Below are positions 21,365 through 30,701 of a stretch of DNA of 64,000 nucleotides, piece by piece; the stretch's first letter is position 1; each line of letters starts with the position of its first letter. Source of the stretch: Escherichia phage vB_Eco_F27; sequence record OP870146.1; one strand, 5' to 3'. The notes below the pieces were generated by a model, which saw only the letters and a program-made list of their open reading frames with translations, was not told where the DNA came from and did not search any database. Both the position numbers and the translations under genes were made by a program.

Positions 21365-21889
21365 TTATGCGTGAACCGTCTTTAAACGTTCTTCAAATTT
21401 CCGAAGAAGTGCTTGGCGTTCTGCTCGTTGTTCCATATAAGTTTTAATACGACCTGAAGTGAGGGCGTATTGTTCGTTTACCGATTCCTTCATAAAATCA
21501 GGAATCTCACGACAAGTTTTGATTTCGTCGAACTTGTCAATAACTGCTTGTTGTTCTGCAATCAGATTATTGTAGTATTCGATATCTGATTTAATGTTTT
21601 GGATATCAGACTCAGTAGGCATGTTACGTGCTTTACGTTTTGCCTGATATTCTGCGTTTGTAGCACGACTCCAGTGAAGAGTACGTTTTTTGTTAGTGTT
21701 TTTGTAGACTTCCACAATTCCAACTGAATCGATGATAACAATCCAATTCCAGCGAGATTTGAAAATCTGACCTCCGTCCACGGTAATCTCGTTACCATAA
21801 GCAACATCATTAAAGAACTTGCTTTGTGCTTCAGATTTAAATTTACCGTCGTTATAATTTACCAGGTTGAAAATATCTTTAGCGTTCAT
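21365..21889 (-). CDS. hypothetical protein
   Basis: 174 aa ORF preceded by GGAGGT and an early-promoter-like element. Confidence 0.55.
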   Translation of the reverse strand: MNAKDIFNLVNYNDGKFKSEAQSKFFNDVAYGNEITVDGGQIFKSRWNWIVIIDSVGIVEVYKNTNKKRTLHWSRATNAEYQAKRKARNMPTESDIQNIKSDIEYYNNLIAEQQAVIDKFDEIKTCREIPDFMKESVNEQYALTSGRIKTYMEQRAERQALLRKFEERLKTVHA

Positions 21890-21947
21890 GTTTTACCTCC
21901 AGTAGTTGATAGGTCTATAATAACATAACCGTAGACCTTGTAAACAA

Positions 21948-22235
21948 CTAAAAGAAACTTTTTTCGGTATTTTTTCCACTGAACCAAACAGACTTCGGTA
22001 TTTTCTGTAATTTTTCAGATTTAAGTTTCTCTTCCCGTTCTTTCTTATATACACCCTTGTCGTACTGGAGCATCTCTATGGCATTCTTTTGCAAACGATC
22101 TAAGGTAATTAAGGCTTTAGTTTTTCCTTTCAAGGAAGAGTCCTGGCGAACCTCCTCGCTATATTGCATTGTAGAACTAACCATATGATGAGCATAGAGT
22201 TCGACTGCGGCTTTAATTTTTTGCATAAAATCCAT
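21948..22235 (-). CDS. hypothetical protein
   Basis: 95 aa ORF with AAGAGGA RBS. Confidence 0.4.
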   Translation of the reverse strand: MDFMQKIKAAVELYAHHMVSSTMQYSEEVRQDSSLKGKTKALITLDRLQKNAIEMLQYDKGVYKKEREEKLKSEKLQKIPKSVWFSGKNTEKSFF

Positions 22236-22373
22236 AACATATCCTCTTTGATTTGTACATCATTATTTTTAAATATTTCTATGCCCTAAGTAGGTTCCTG
22301 GTGTCCTTCTTTGAGGTAAGCCATATGATTATTCATCTTTATGGCTTTTGTTACCTCAGAACTTCCTATAAGC

Positions 22374-23375
22374 TTATTTCAGTAAAGTTACTTCAGAGAT
22401 TTCCTCCCAACCATCTTTATCAGTTGAAATAAAATCTGCTACATAAAGAGCCGTACGTAATGATACATTGCGAAGACGAGATACGTTAGCCTTCATCCAG
22501 GACAATGCTTTATACGTTTCTGCATCCGTCAGACCACGTTTCTGCATCATGTCAGTAGATAATATTACATCTTCAACTCGAACCATAATCTCTTCATTAG
22601 AGTGTACTCCAAGGTCGAGATACACTGAACGAGATACTAAAGCTTGAAGGTGCGGAGCAAGTTTCGAACCGCGTTCTAACTCTTTATCGATATCAACGTT
22701 TGTAATGAAAACGATAGTACCTTCAAACTCAAATTCTTTATCAATACCCTTATCATCGAGATAAGATGACGCAGTGCTCCAACAAACTTTGCGTTTATCT
22801 CCGGTATCTAATGCTGCTTTAAGAAGGTTCAAGATGTCCATATCTGAGAATACATCAACGTCGTCGATTAAGAGAACGCTGTCTGCATCACGGTTGAGCC
22901 AAAGTTGTTCGTAAAGGCCAATACCAGAGATTTTACCATTAATGCTTTTGTATTTGATGAAACCATTATCATTAGCATTATTAAGTGCTTTATCCAGAGA
23001 ATACGTCTTACCAATACCGGCTGCACCTGAAATAATGAGTGAACGAATTTTGCCATCGATAATGCCATTCGTCATCATGTTCATTACTTTAAAGCGTTTG
23101 TTGATACGAGTTTTCATATCTTCAGTGCTTTCAACAACTGCAACTGGTGGTGTCTCAACTCCTTCCATTACGATGTCTGATTTGAAGACCCATACTCCAC
23201 GTTCAGAACCATCAATCATAACGAAAATTTTACCATCACCTAAGTGGGAACATTCAGGATTAAGCTTTGCCGGGAACCATGTCTTTGTGGCAACATAAGA
23301 ACCAGAGATTTCGTTATTACGATAGATACCTTTTTTGATTTGAACGTTGAACATTTTATTCTCCAATTTACTCAT
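22374..23375 (-). CDS. P-loop ATPase (nrdC.10-like position)
   Basis: 333 aa; Walker A GAAGIGKT and Walker B LLIDDVD. Confidence 0.7.
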   Translation of the reverse strand: MSKLENKMFNVQIKKGIYRNNEISGSYVATKTWFPAKLNPECSHLGDGKIFVMIDGSERGVWVFKSDIVMEGVETPPVAVVESTEDMKTRINKRFKVMNMMTNGIIDGKIRSLIISGAAGIGKTYSLDKALNNANDNGFIKYKSINGKISGIGLYEQLWLNRDADSVLLIDDVDVFSDMDILNLLKAALDTGDKRKVCWSTASSYLDDKGIDKEFEFEGTIVFITNVDIDKELERGSKLAPHLQALVSRSVYLDLGVHSNEEIMVRVEDVILSTDMMQKRGLTDAETYKALSWMKANVSRLRNVSLRTALYVADFISTDKDGWEEISEVTLLK

Positions 23376-23384
23376 TTCGTTTCG

Positions 23385-23421
23385 ATAGGTCTATAATAAC
23401 ATGTTTAAAGCAAAAGTAAAC
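23385..23421 (-). promoter_or_regulatory. early/middle promoter-like element (GTTTAC -35, MotA-box-like TTTGCTTTA, TATTAT -10)
   Basis: Minus strand reads GTTTACTTTTGCTTTAAACATGTTATTATAGACCTAT upstream of the 22374..23375 start. Confidence 0.5.
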
Positions 23422-23423
23422 AA

Positions 23424-23642
23424 TTATTTGCGACGAGATTTTTTGGTAAGAGGTTGAAAGAACACTGCTTTACCTGCTGGGGATAAGGTGACTCGTAATG
23501 CATTACCGATTCCTAAGGATGCTTTAACTAAACCTTTAGCTTTCAGTTCACCAAATGCTTGACGTTGGTCTGCATCACGAGTGTTAACCATAAGACCTTT
23601 ATCACCTGCTTCACGAATCATTTCTAACATTTTGGTTTTCAT
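23424..23642 (-). CDS. hypothetical small basic protein
   Basis: Start set to the ATG at 23642 (MKTKMLEMIREAG...) preceded by GAGGAGAA. Confidence 0.5.
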   Translation of the reverse strand: MKTKMLEMIREAGDKGLMVNTRDADQRQAFGELKAKGLVKASLGIGNALRVTLSPAGKAVFFQPLTKKSRRK

Positions 23643-23729
23643 TTTGTTCTCCTCTTGTTTTGATAGGTCTATAATAACATATCCTAAAAGCATGTACACT
23701 ACTTTTTAAAAATATTTTAACCCCCTAAA

Positions 23730-23745
23730 GGGACCCGAAGGTCCC
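23730..23745 (-). terminator. GGGACC-TTCG-GGTCCC stem-loop downstream of 23751..24032
   Basis: Perfect 6-bp stem with UUCG loop, seen directly. Confidence 0.5.
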
Positions 23746-23750
23746 CACAT

Positions 23751-24032
23751 TTACTTATCGCACTTAGCAACATAATTAGGCATATCACAGAATACGGAGC
23801 GAGTAACTACTCGGCCCTTTGACCATGCTTCAGTTGCTTGTCCGGCCGTGCTATTAATATAGCTTGATTTGATATTCTCAATACCCTGAGAATGTGATGC
23901 ATTTACCGAACCATTAGAAGGCCCAGAAGACTGGTTACCACCAGCTCCTGCACTACCGCTAGCTGCACCTGTGGTAGCGCCAACAGAGAATGCCATCATT
24001 ACTGCGAATAAACCAATTACTAATTTTTTCAT
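23751..24032 (-). CDS. putative secreted Gly/Ser-rich protein
   Basis: 93 aa; N-terminal signal-peptide-like MKKLVIGLFAVMMAFSVGA. Confidence 0.5.
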   Translation of the reverse strand: MKKLVIGLFAVMMAFSVGATTGAASGSAGAGGNQSSGPSNGSVNASHSQGIENIKSSYINSTAGQATEAWSKGRVVTRSVFCDMPNYVAKCDK

Positions 24033-24063
24033 ATTTACCTCAAGTTAAGGGTTATTTATCTAC

Positions 24064-25053
24064 TTATTTATAGTAAGAATTATGATTTTCGAGATAGACT
24101 TGTTCAAGGAAGTCATCCCAGAAACTCATATCTACTTTTTGTTGCATACCGTTCTTAGTGGCTTGTTCCGATGCTTGTTCAACTTGGTCAACGATATCTT
24201 CTAGGAATTCTTGTACAGTTTTAAACGTATGTTTACCAAGCTTAACATCGAGAATAAATGGAGCATCCTGAAGTGGGTAAACCAGGTCGCCGGTTTTGTA
24301 AATTTCCAATAGTTGAAGTCCACCACGACATGCATGACTCAATGCTTTCCAGTCAATACCTTCGTTGGCTTCTGCCTTACGAGCACGTTCACCATAGTTC
24401 TCTTCCAGTTTAACCAGGATGGCATTGAACTCTTTATTGGTTAACGTGTCTTGGAATTTACGGTCTAACAGATTATAGAATGTTTGCTTACCTGTTTTCT
24501 CGTTTTCGGTTTCAACCCACGAAGCAAATTCACCTACAGGCAGAACATTCTTCATATGTGATAAACGAATTACTGCACCATTATCAAAGTATTGTCCCCA
24601 TTCATTAGAACGTTTAAGGGCTTGACGAAGAACAGCCAGTCGAGAACCCTTGACACCGTATTTAGAAGCTTGCTTACGGACATACCCTAAATAAGATTTC
24701 ATGTTAGTAGTATAGAAACGAGACCTGTTGTCTTGAATATACTTCCACACGTCAGGCAAATCAGATTTAACTACTAGACTTGGTGGAGTGTGAAGCATAT
24801 CTAATGCGACGGTTTCACCATCCGCAGCTAGTTTAAAGAAATATTTGAGACTATACAACTCATGGTCCACGTCGTCTTTTGTGTTCTTAGAAGATGTGTT
24901 ATTCGTGTTCTTGCTCATGTGTTCTTTAACGTTACCGGTCAAGATATCACGAGCATGAGGGACATAAATTTCTTTAAAATCGACGTCAGATTCAGGAGTA
25001 GACGTTCCATAAAGGTGGCTACCAAAGTAGCCTTTCATAATTGTTTTCATCAT
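24064..25053 (-). CDS. Pol-beta-type nucleotidyltransferase-like protein (nrdC.11-like position)
   Basis: 329 aa; GSHLYGTSTPESDVDF fits the G[GS]x9-13DhD nucleotidyltransferase signature. Confidence 0.55.
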   Translation of the reverse strand: MMKTIMKGYFGSHLYGTSTPESDVDFKEIYVPHARDILTGNVKEHMSKNTNNTSSKNTKDDVDHELYSLKYFFKLAADGETVALDMLHTPPSLVVKSDLPDVWKYIQDNRSRFYTTNMKSYLGYVRKQASKYGVKGSRLAVLRQALKRSNEWGQYFDNGAVIRLSHMKNVLPVGEFASWVETENEKTGKQTFYNLLDRKFQDTLTNKEFNAILVKLEENYGERARKAEANEGIDWKALSHACRGGLQLLEIYKTGDLVYPLQDAPFILDVKLGKHTFKTVQEFLEDIVDQVEQASEQATKNGMQQKVDMSFWDDFLEQVYLENHNSYYK

Positions 25054-25523
25054 TTAGCCTTATATTCAAGAGTAGGACAGACTTTTTCTTTACGAGCTTT
25101 AAGGTATTCGCCTATTAATGATTTCTTACGTTCAATAGGCTCAAGTCCATTTTTAATTCGTTCTTGGTTTTGTGCAATGAGCTCAATTTCTTTATAATAT
25201 TTTCTGTCGTTATATTTGTCTAACAACCAAGACGGACCAATTACCAACCCGGTAGCAATAAAAGCCATGACTGCTACAATTAAAACGCCTACACCAATTG
25301 AGGCTGGAACTAATGTCCATAGACTGCTAAAAACAAAGAATTTAGTTAAAATTTCCTGGCCAATGATTGTGACTGCTGCTAAAATCGCAAATCCAATAAT
25401 TGAAACAGCTAATACCGGGATTAGCGTTTTCCAAAAATAAGCACACAACGTTTTCGGACGATTCCATGTACTATTGAACGCGGCATAAATTTTAAAGTGC
25501 CAAGAGTTTTCATTGATAATCAT
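25050..25523 (-). CDS. hypothetical membrane protein
   Basis: 157 aa, two or three hydrophobic helices. Confidence 0.5.
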   Translation of the reverse strand: MIINENSWHFKIYAAFNSTWNRPKTLCAYFWKTLIPVLAVSIIGFAILAAVTIIGQEILTKFFVFSSLWTLVPASIGVGVLIVAVMAFIATGLVIGPSWLLDKYNDRKYYKEIELIAQNQERIKNGLEPIERKKSLIGEYLKARKEKVCPTLEYKAK

Positions 25524-25532
25524 AATAATTCC

Positions 25533-26075
25533 TTATTTCAAAGTTGGGATAATAGAATCGAGATAAGCTTTAAGAGCAACTGCTTCATCTTTGTCTAATG
25601 TAATGATATGTTGACGAAGGTCATCAATTTGGCGAATAACTACGACATCACCGTCTTCATAAGAAGGATTAACGCCTAGGACTGTTGTATAGTCAGGGCG
25701 GTCCTGATTTGTAATAAAAGCATTACGGCATTTAGCCCATTGAAGTTTGGCCTTTTTGGCTGTTTCAGATTCCATTAATTCTTTCACCTTAGTGACGAAT
25801 GTTTTCCAATTATTGATAGAAAGGCATTCATCTTCTGTTTCGATATTAACCCCACTATAAAGACCGTGATAAAAACGAACTTGAAGGTCTTCATCAATGT
25901 TAATTACAGATGCATGGCCGGGCGGATTGAGTTTCAAAATCTTGTCCAGTTCCATAGGAAGAATAGTAACAGCATCATCTTCTTGTGTCAGAACGTAAGC
26001 ATAACCACGTTTTTCGATACATAAATCACCAAACAACTCAGTCGTTTCAATTACAGTTTTCATATTATTCACCAA
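25533..26075 (-). CDS. hypothetical protein
   Basis: 180 aa ORF. Confidence 0.5.
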   Translation of the reverse strand: MVNNMKTVIETTELFGDLCIEKRGYAYVLTQEDDAVTILPMELDKILKLNPPGHASVINIDEDLQVRFYHGLYSGVNIETEDECLSINNWKTFVTKVKELMESETAKKAKLQWAKCRNAFITNQDRPDYTTVLGVNPSYEDGDVVVIRQIDDLRQHIITLDKDEAVALKAYLDSIIPTLK

Positions 26076-26343
26076 TTAAAGTTTCAACAAAATTCACTAA
26101 AGCATTCTGGCAAGCATCAACCTGATTTCTATAAAAATTAAATAAGATCCATCAATTTATTAGCTTGTTCACGAGTCATTTTACCATGCTCGCTTCAATA
26201 AGATTCATTACACCATTTACCATGTTATAGGTAAACATCGGATAATTGTATTGTACTACAACATAAGCGATAAGCAAAAGTTTCATTTTGTTCTCCATTT
26301 GTTTTGGTAGGACTACTATAACATAGTCCTACCAAGTTGTAAA

Positions 26344-26577
26344 CTACCGATTGTGTTTTAAATGTTGATAAAGCTCTTCAACTTGTTTAGGGTCCAAAAC
26401 AATTAAGTCATTTTCTTGACGAAGATAAATCCATCCCTTATCCCCAGGACCATTTTTACAAAACATCACCACCATATCATCATCTTCAGCGCTTTCAGGT
26501 AAAAGTTCAAGTACACCGTCTTCAGATTTTCCAGTATAATCGTAAAGCATAATATCCTCACATAATCTCGTTAACAT
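26344..26577 (-). CDS. hypothetical protein
   Basis: 77 aa ORF. Confidence 0.4.
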   Translation of the reverse strand: MLTRLCEDIMLYDYTGKSEDGVLELLPESAEDDDMVVMFCKNGPGDKGWIYLRQENDLIVLDPKQVEELYQHLKHNR

Positions 26578-26737
26578 ACATTTGCAATTCGGTGTGGGCG
26601 TCAGCCATCTTTTTCATAGCTCTGTTAATGTCGATGTCTCCATCTTCGCAACCATGAGCATTTTCCCAATCAGATACCGCATTAGCGTACTCTTCAATCA
26701 AAAACATTAACTTAGAAATTTTTTCTTTACGTGACAT
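26558..26737 (-). CDS. hypothetical protein
   Basis: Start set to the ATG at 26737 (MSRKEKISKLMF...) after GAGGAGAA. Confidence 0.4.
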   Translation of the reverse strand: MSRKEKISKLMFLIEEYANAVSDWENAHGCEDGDIDINRAMKKMADAHTELQMYVNEIM

Positions 26738-26792
26738 AACGTTCTCCTCTAGTAAGTAAGGTTTACTATAACACAACCTGAGGAGAAGTAAA

Positions 26793-26822
26793 CTGATAGA
26801 TGCCAAAAAGCCCCAACCTTTC
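26793..26822 (-). terminator. intrinsic terminator AGCCCCTTCC-GAAA-GGTTGGGGCT plus U-run, downstream of rI
   Basis: Hairpin and T-run seen directly; same hairpin sequence recurs at 42082-42111. Confidence 0.65.
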
Positions 26823-26838
26823 GGAAGGGGCTAGTAAA

Positions 26839-27141
26839 TTAGATAGATGTAGGCTCTAATTTTATTTTCATGAACTCGGCAAATTGTCTGGCAGTTTTTA
26901 TGCCTTGTTCATGACATTCAAATGCATCATCACAGGGGCTATTTTTGTAATGCTTTGCCATATACTTATAGAATTTTTCAGAATTCTCGACATTTTGAAT
27001 TTCAAACAAAGTATATACGTTTTTAATCCCTGATTCCATAAAGTTATCAAAATATGGGTCGATATATGCAGTACCAACGATAGGAGTTGTTGCTGCAAAA
27101 AACCCCAGCATCGCCATGACAGCTATCGCTCTTAAGGCCAT
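26839..27141 (-). CDS. rI: lysis inhibition regulator rI
   Basis: 100 aa; MALRAIAVMAMLGFF...DPYFDNFMESGIKNVYTLFE...; resembles T4 rI as recalled. Confidence 0.8.
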   Translation of the reverse strand: MALRAIAVMAMLGFFAATTPIVGTAYIDPYFDNFMESGIKNVYTLFEIQNVENSEKFYKYMAKHYKNSPCDDAFECHEQGIKTARQFAEFMKIKLEPTSI

Positions 27142-27153
27142 ATAGGCCTCCTG

Positions 27154-27366
27154 TTAATTTTGGCCAGTATTTATTTTTCGCCTTTGGACGGCCTTAACAT
27201 CTGTGAGGTATTTTTCCAGCTTGCGCTTGCGTGTATAATCAGCTTTAGAACCAGTTTGACGGATATCCTCGTTTAAATGAGAAATAGAATGTCCTAATTC
27301 TCTTCGGATTTCATCCAATTTGGTTACAGTAAGATTACGAAGTTGTCTTTCGTTTAATTGCTGCAT
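27154..27366 (-). CDS. hypothetical protein (rI.1 position)
   Basis: 70 aa ORF. Confidence 0.45.
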   Translation of the reverse strand: MQQLNERQLRNLTVTKLDEIRRELGHSISHLNEDIRQTGSKADYTRKRKLEKYLTDVKAVQRRKINTGQN

Positions 27367-27393
27367 ATATACCTCTTGGTTAGATATTAGTAT

Positions 27394-27975
27394 TTATAAC
27401 AACCCTGTCAAATCGTTCCAATGCTTCCGGCATAATGACACATATCTATCGGTATCACCAATTTCAATTTGACTGCCATCTGTAATTGGAAGTCCGTCTT
27501 CCGTGACTCTAGCTACCATTGTGGCCTTTTTACCGCAATGACAGACACCTTTAAGTTCAACAAGCTTATCGGCAATAGCCATTAATGCTTGAGAACCTTC
27601 AAATAGATTACCTTTAAAATCTGTTCGTAGTCCATATGCCATTACCGGCACATTGTATACGTCAACAATACGACTAAGTTGATACACCTTTTCAGTAGTT
27701 AAGAACTGAGCTTCGTCAACAAATACGCAGTGAATATCCTTTTGTGCTGCAGCCCATTTATAGAATTCAAAGATATCCATGTCTTTTGTAATTATATTGG
27801 CGTCCTGGCGAATACCAATACGAGAGACTATTTCACCTTTTGAATCGCGAGTATCAATAGCCGGTTTAAGAACTAATACACCCATGCCACGTTCTTTATA
27901 GTTATGTGCGGCAGTAAGTAATGAAGCAGACTTACCAGCGTTCATAGCGGCATAGGTAAAAATTAAACTAGCCAT
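27394..27975 (-). CDS. tk: thymidine kinase
   Basis: 193 aa; P-loop YAAMNAGKS, VFVDEAQF, C-terminal Cys cluster. Confidence 0.92.
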   Translation of the reverse strand: MASLIFTYAAMNAGKSASLLTAAHNYKERGMGVLVLKPAIDTRDSKGEIVSRIGIRQDANIITKDMDIFEFYKWAAAQKDIHCVFVDEAQFLTTEKVYQLSRIVDVYNVPVMAYGLRTDFKGNLFEGSQALMAIADKLVELKGVCHCGKKATMVARVTEDGLPITDGSQIEIGDTDRYVSLCRKHWNDLTGLL

Positions 27976-27984
27976 AAGAGTCCC

Positions 27985-28167
27985 TTATAGTGAATTCACG
28001 TAGTCAATGAGTTCTTGTTCTTTCCTGTCAAATGATTCCAACAATGCTTGATATTCTTCGTCCGTCAAAGGAGCATATTCATCATACGCATTGGTGGCTG
28101 CTTGCTCATCCAATAGGTCATGGATAAGTTCAAACAGTTTAGTTTTCTCTTCTTTAGTCAATTTCAT
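27985..28167 (-). CDS. hypothetical acidic protein (tk.1 position)
   Basis: 60 aa ORF. Confidence 0.4.
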   Translation of the reverse strand: MKLTKEEKTKLFELIHDLLDEQAATNAYDEYAPLTDEEYQALLESFDRKEQELIDYVNSL

Positions 28168-28391
28168 TTAGGTTCACCTTCTTTAACGAAATCTGGGTAA
28201 GGGTAAAATCCTGAGTAAAACCCTTCACCTTTATGATTGCTACAACCTTTGTTCGAACAGTAACACCAATAATCAAAATCACAAGCCATTTCGTCATTGC
28301 ATAAAGCAAAAACTACAGGCCATTCGCATTTTTCGCATTTAGCACCTGTAAGAATTTTTGTTTGACTCATAGCCATGTCACCTTTAAGCAA
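28164..28391 (-). CDS. hypothetical Cys-rich protein (tk.2 position)
   Basis: 75 aa with nine Cys. Confidence 0.4.
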   Translation of the reverse strand: MLKGDMAMSQTKILTGAKCEKCEWPVVFALCNDEMACDFDYWCYCSNKGCSNHKGEGFYSGFYPYPDFVKEGEPK

Positions 28392-28594
28392 TATTCTTCT
28401 ACATGTTGTTTACGGCCTTTCTTATCAATAAAGGTATATTCAACGAATGTTCCGATGTAGTCTTTATCTACATCATGTGGACTATTAATTGGACATTTAG
28501 TACGACAAATGCGTTCCCATTGACGAATAATTACTGCCTTATTCTTTGGATCATATGGATGTGGATAATGTATATTCATAATAACGGTTCCCAA
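28367..28594 (-). CDS. hypothetical protein (tk.3 position)
   Basis: 75 aa ORF. Confidence 0.4.
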   Translation of the reverse strand: MGTVIMNIHYPHPYDPKNKAVIIRQWERICRTKCPINSPHDVDKDYIGTFVEYTFIDKKGRKQHVEEYCLKVTWL

Positions 28595-29073
28595 TCAACA
28601 ATCACAATTTCTAGTTTAGTGGAATACGTATCTAAAATCTCTTCGATGACATCCCAGTTTCCACCACCAATACCTGCACCAATTCTTGGCATATAAATTA
28701 CAGGCTTTGTTATCTTATTCTTTCCGAATTCATTTAATTCTATTATACAATTCATTAAAGCAGAGTACTCAAAATTAGGTCCCGGCTCAAACTGTGTATA
28801 AAGATTAAAGCAATAAGCTTTATGGGTCTTAAAATATTTTTCATAAACCGAATAAGTCCAGAGTTTAGACTTGTCTCCGAATTCGGTTTGAAGTTTATCG
28901 GCTTCCAGAATTTTTGGATAAGCCTTTGCTAATTGCCCTGCCACACCAGCGCCCATTGTATGAAAACAATTACACCCATGAGCAATATTATTACCTTTAG
29001 AAAACAGGGCGACAATATCGCCCTTGATATAGTTTTTAATCACTTGCTGCAAGTCCTCTATTATAAGAGTCAA
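28576..29073 (-). CDS. macro-domain-like protein (tk.4 position)
   Basis: 165 aa; HGCNCFHTMGAGVAGQL and PRIGAGIGGG resemble macro-domain nucleotide-binding motifs. Confidence 0.5.
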   Translation of the reverse strand: MTLIIEDLQQVIKNYIKGDIVALFSKGNNIAHGCNCFHTMGAGVAGQLAKAYPKILEADKLQTEFGDKSKLWTYSVYEKYFKTHKAYCFNLYTQFEPGPNFEYSALMNCIIELNEFGKNKITKPVIYMPRIGAGIGGGNWDVIEEILDTYSTKLEIVIVDWEPLL

Positions 29074-29383
29074 CTAAACGGTCCACCATAGAATTGCATG
29101 CTGCCTTATCTTTAGGTTCCGCCACCGAGCATTCTAATATTTGCCATTTTTTATAGTATCTTTTAATTAAGGTAGACGCCTTGAACCTACTAGACGCCCC
29201 ATCTTTTTCTCCGTCTTTATAAGCGTATAACAATTTTTGTGAAAAATCTACTTTACACTCTTGACTTTTACCACAATAATCAGACGCCGTTCTGTTTGTA
29301 TACTCCGTTACATCAGTATATGTAGTATTAGCAAGAGCGTTAAATGAAACCAAGCCAACTATTAAAGCCAACATTTTGGTCAT
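29036..29383 (-). CDS. small secreted protein (T4 vs position)
   Basis: 115 aa with N-terminal signal peptide MTKMLALIVGLVSFNALA. Confidence 0.45.
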   Translation of the reverse strand: MTKMLALIVGLVSFNALANTTYTDVTEYTNRTASDYCGKSQECKVDFSQKLLYAYKDGEKDGASSRFKASTLIKRYYKKWQILECSVAEPKDKAACNSMVDRLVDSYNRGLAASD

Positions 29384-29922
29384 TCTTTTATTTCCAGTAG
29401 TTTATTTGATTTAAGGTAATTAGCCTTTTCTAGGACTTCAGAAGCATATTTACTTCCAGCACTTGTCTTCCATCCCGCATTATATGAGGATATAGCTTTT
29501 CTTATATCCCCGTTATGTATATTTAACCAATAAGAAAATTCGATATAAGCCCATCTGGTTGAATTAGACCGCTTAGATAGCATTTTCTTAATTTGGGCAT
29601 CAGTCATATTATAACCAAGCTGGTTAATTCTTGCCCTCATTGTTGGTAGATAATTTTGGAACATTCCATACGCATGGTGACCTTTCTTATCTTTAAGATT
29701 AATACCGGCAGATGATTCCTGCCATAGTATTGCGGCCATTATGTATCCAAGTCCTTTCTTATGCATATTTTCATGCGTTTTAAATTTTCCATCCTTAGAA
29801 AACTGTTCCCCAAACTGATAAGCATAATTCAAGTTATCGAGTTGGACATTACTAAAAGTATGCTCGGAGCTATGTGCTGATAACGAAAGAGCAAATAGAC
29901 CAGCGAGTAGTGCTTTTCTCAT
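29380..29922 (-). CDS. secreted lytic transglycosylase-like protein (vs.1 position)
   Basis: 180 aa; signal peptide, then QESS...GMFQ...SYNAG, matching the SLT E-S / GLMQ / AYNxG signature. Confidence 0.6.
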   Translation of the reverse strand: MRKALLAGLFALSLSAHSSEHTFSNVQLDNLNYAYQFGEQFSKDGKFKTHENMHKKGLGYIMAAILWQESSAGINLKDKKGHHAYGMFQNYLPTMRARINQLGYNMTDAQIKKMLSKRSNSTRWAYIEFSYWLNIHNGDIRKAISSYNAGWKTSAGSKYASEVLEKANYLKSNKLLEIKE

Positions 29923-29930
29923 GTTTACCT

Positions 29931-30389
29931 CTAGATTTTAATCACTGCTTTAGAAGCTTTTCCTGGTAGTCGTTTACTGTTAATAATAGCCATTCTGCAT
30001 TGAAGAGTCTTCATTTTGAATGCTGGATTTTCGCGACAAACTGTAAGTCCTAACCAAAGATTTCCGTCAGTTATTTCTAAACGGCCTGGACGATACTCGA
30101 CACCTTCGACAAAATCTTCATCAACATCTGGACGGGCCGGCATTGATAAAAATTCTGCAACTTCTTTAACATGATTTTTTACTTTATGAAATAATTCAAA
30201 AACGTAATTCTCATCTATTTCTCTCTGGATGGCACGATCTAAGAGATGTTGAGAATACTTGATATGAAAGCCTGGTAGTCCAAGAGACTTTGCAGCATCT
30301 TTTATACTGGCATTTATTTTGCGGAACTCCGTTTCAAAGATTCGACGGAGTTTATTACGGCGGATAAAAACGTCTGAATTGATAGTCAT
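29931..30389 (-). CDS. regB: RegB site-specific endoribonuclease
   Basis: 152 aa; MTINSDVFIRRNKLRR...FHIKYSQHLLDRAIQREIDENYVFELFHK... matches T4 RegB as recalled. Confidence 0.9.
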   Translation of the reverse strand: MTINSDVFIRRNKLRRIFETEFRKINASIKDAAKSLGLPGFHIKYSQHLLDRAIQREIDENYVFELFHKVKNHVKEVAEFLSMPARPDVDEDFVEGVEYRPGRLEITDGNLWLGLTVCRENPAFKMKTLQCRMAIINSKRLPGKASKAVIKI

Positions 30390-30410
30390 TTTGATTTCTC
30401 CTCTAGTTGA

Positions 30411-30446
30411 CAGGTCTATAGTAACACAACTAGAGGAGAAGTAAAC
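30411..30446 (-). promoter_or_regulatory. early promoter-like element upstream of regB
   Basis: Minus strand GTTTACTTCTCCTCTAGTTGTGTTACTATAGACCTG followed by GAGGAGAA and the ATG. Confidence 0.55.
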
Positions 30447-30449
30447 TGC

Positions 30450-30701
30450 TTATTCTTGGAATGGTGTGAGTTTTCCAGCTATCGAACAAATTTCTACCAT
30501 TGCAGGATAAAACTCTTTCACTTGTTCAAGGCGCTGGACAGCGTACCGCATTTCGCCTTCTTCAAGACAAGCCACCTGGTCATCGAGCAAATATTTGTGG
30601 TAACCAGTACAGGCTTCACTAATGATACGTTGGAATTCTTGCAAACTTTCAATTTTCACTAGTATTTTTCCTCGGGTCGAAATACTGCACGACATGCCCA
30701 C
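30450..30701 (-). CDS. hypothetical protein (vs.3 position)
   Basis: 83 aa ORF. Confidence 0.45.
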   Translation of the reverse strand: MGMSCSISTRGKILVKIESLQEFQRIISEACTGYHKYLLDDQVACLEEGEMRYAVQRLEQVKEFYPAMVEICSIAGKLTPFQE

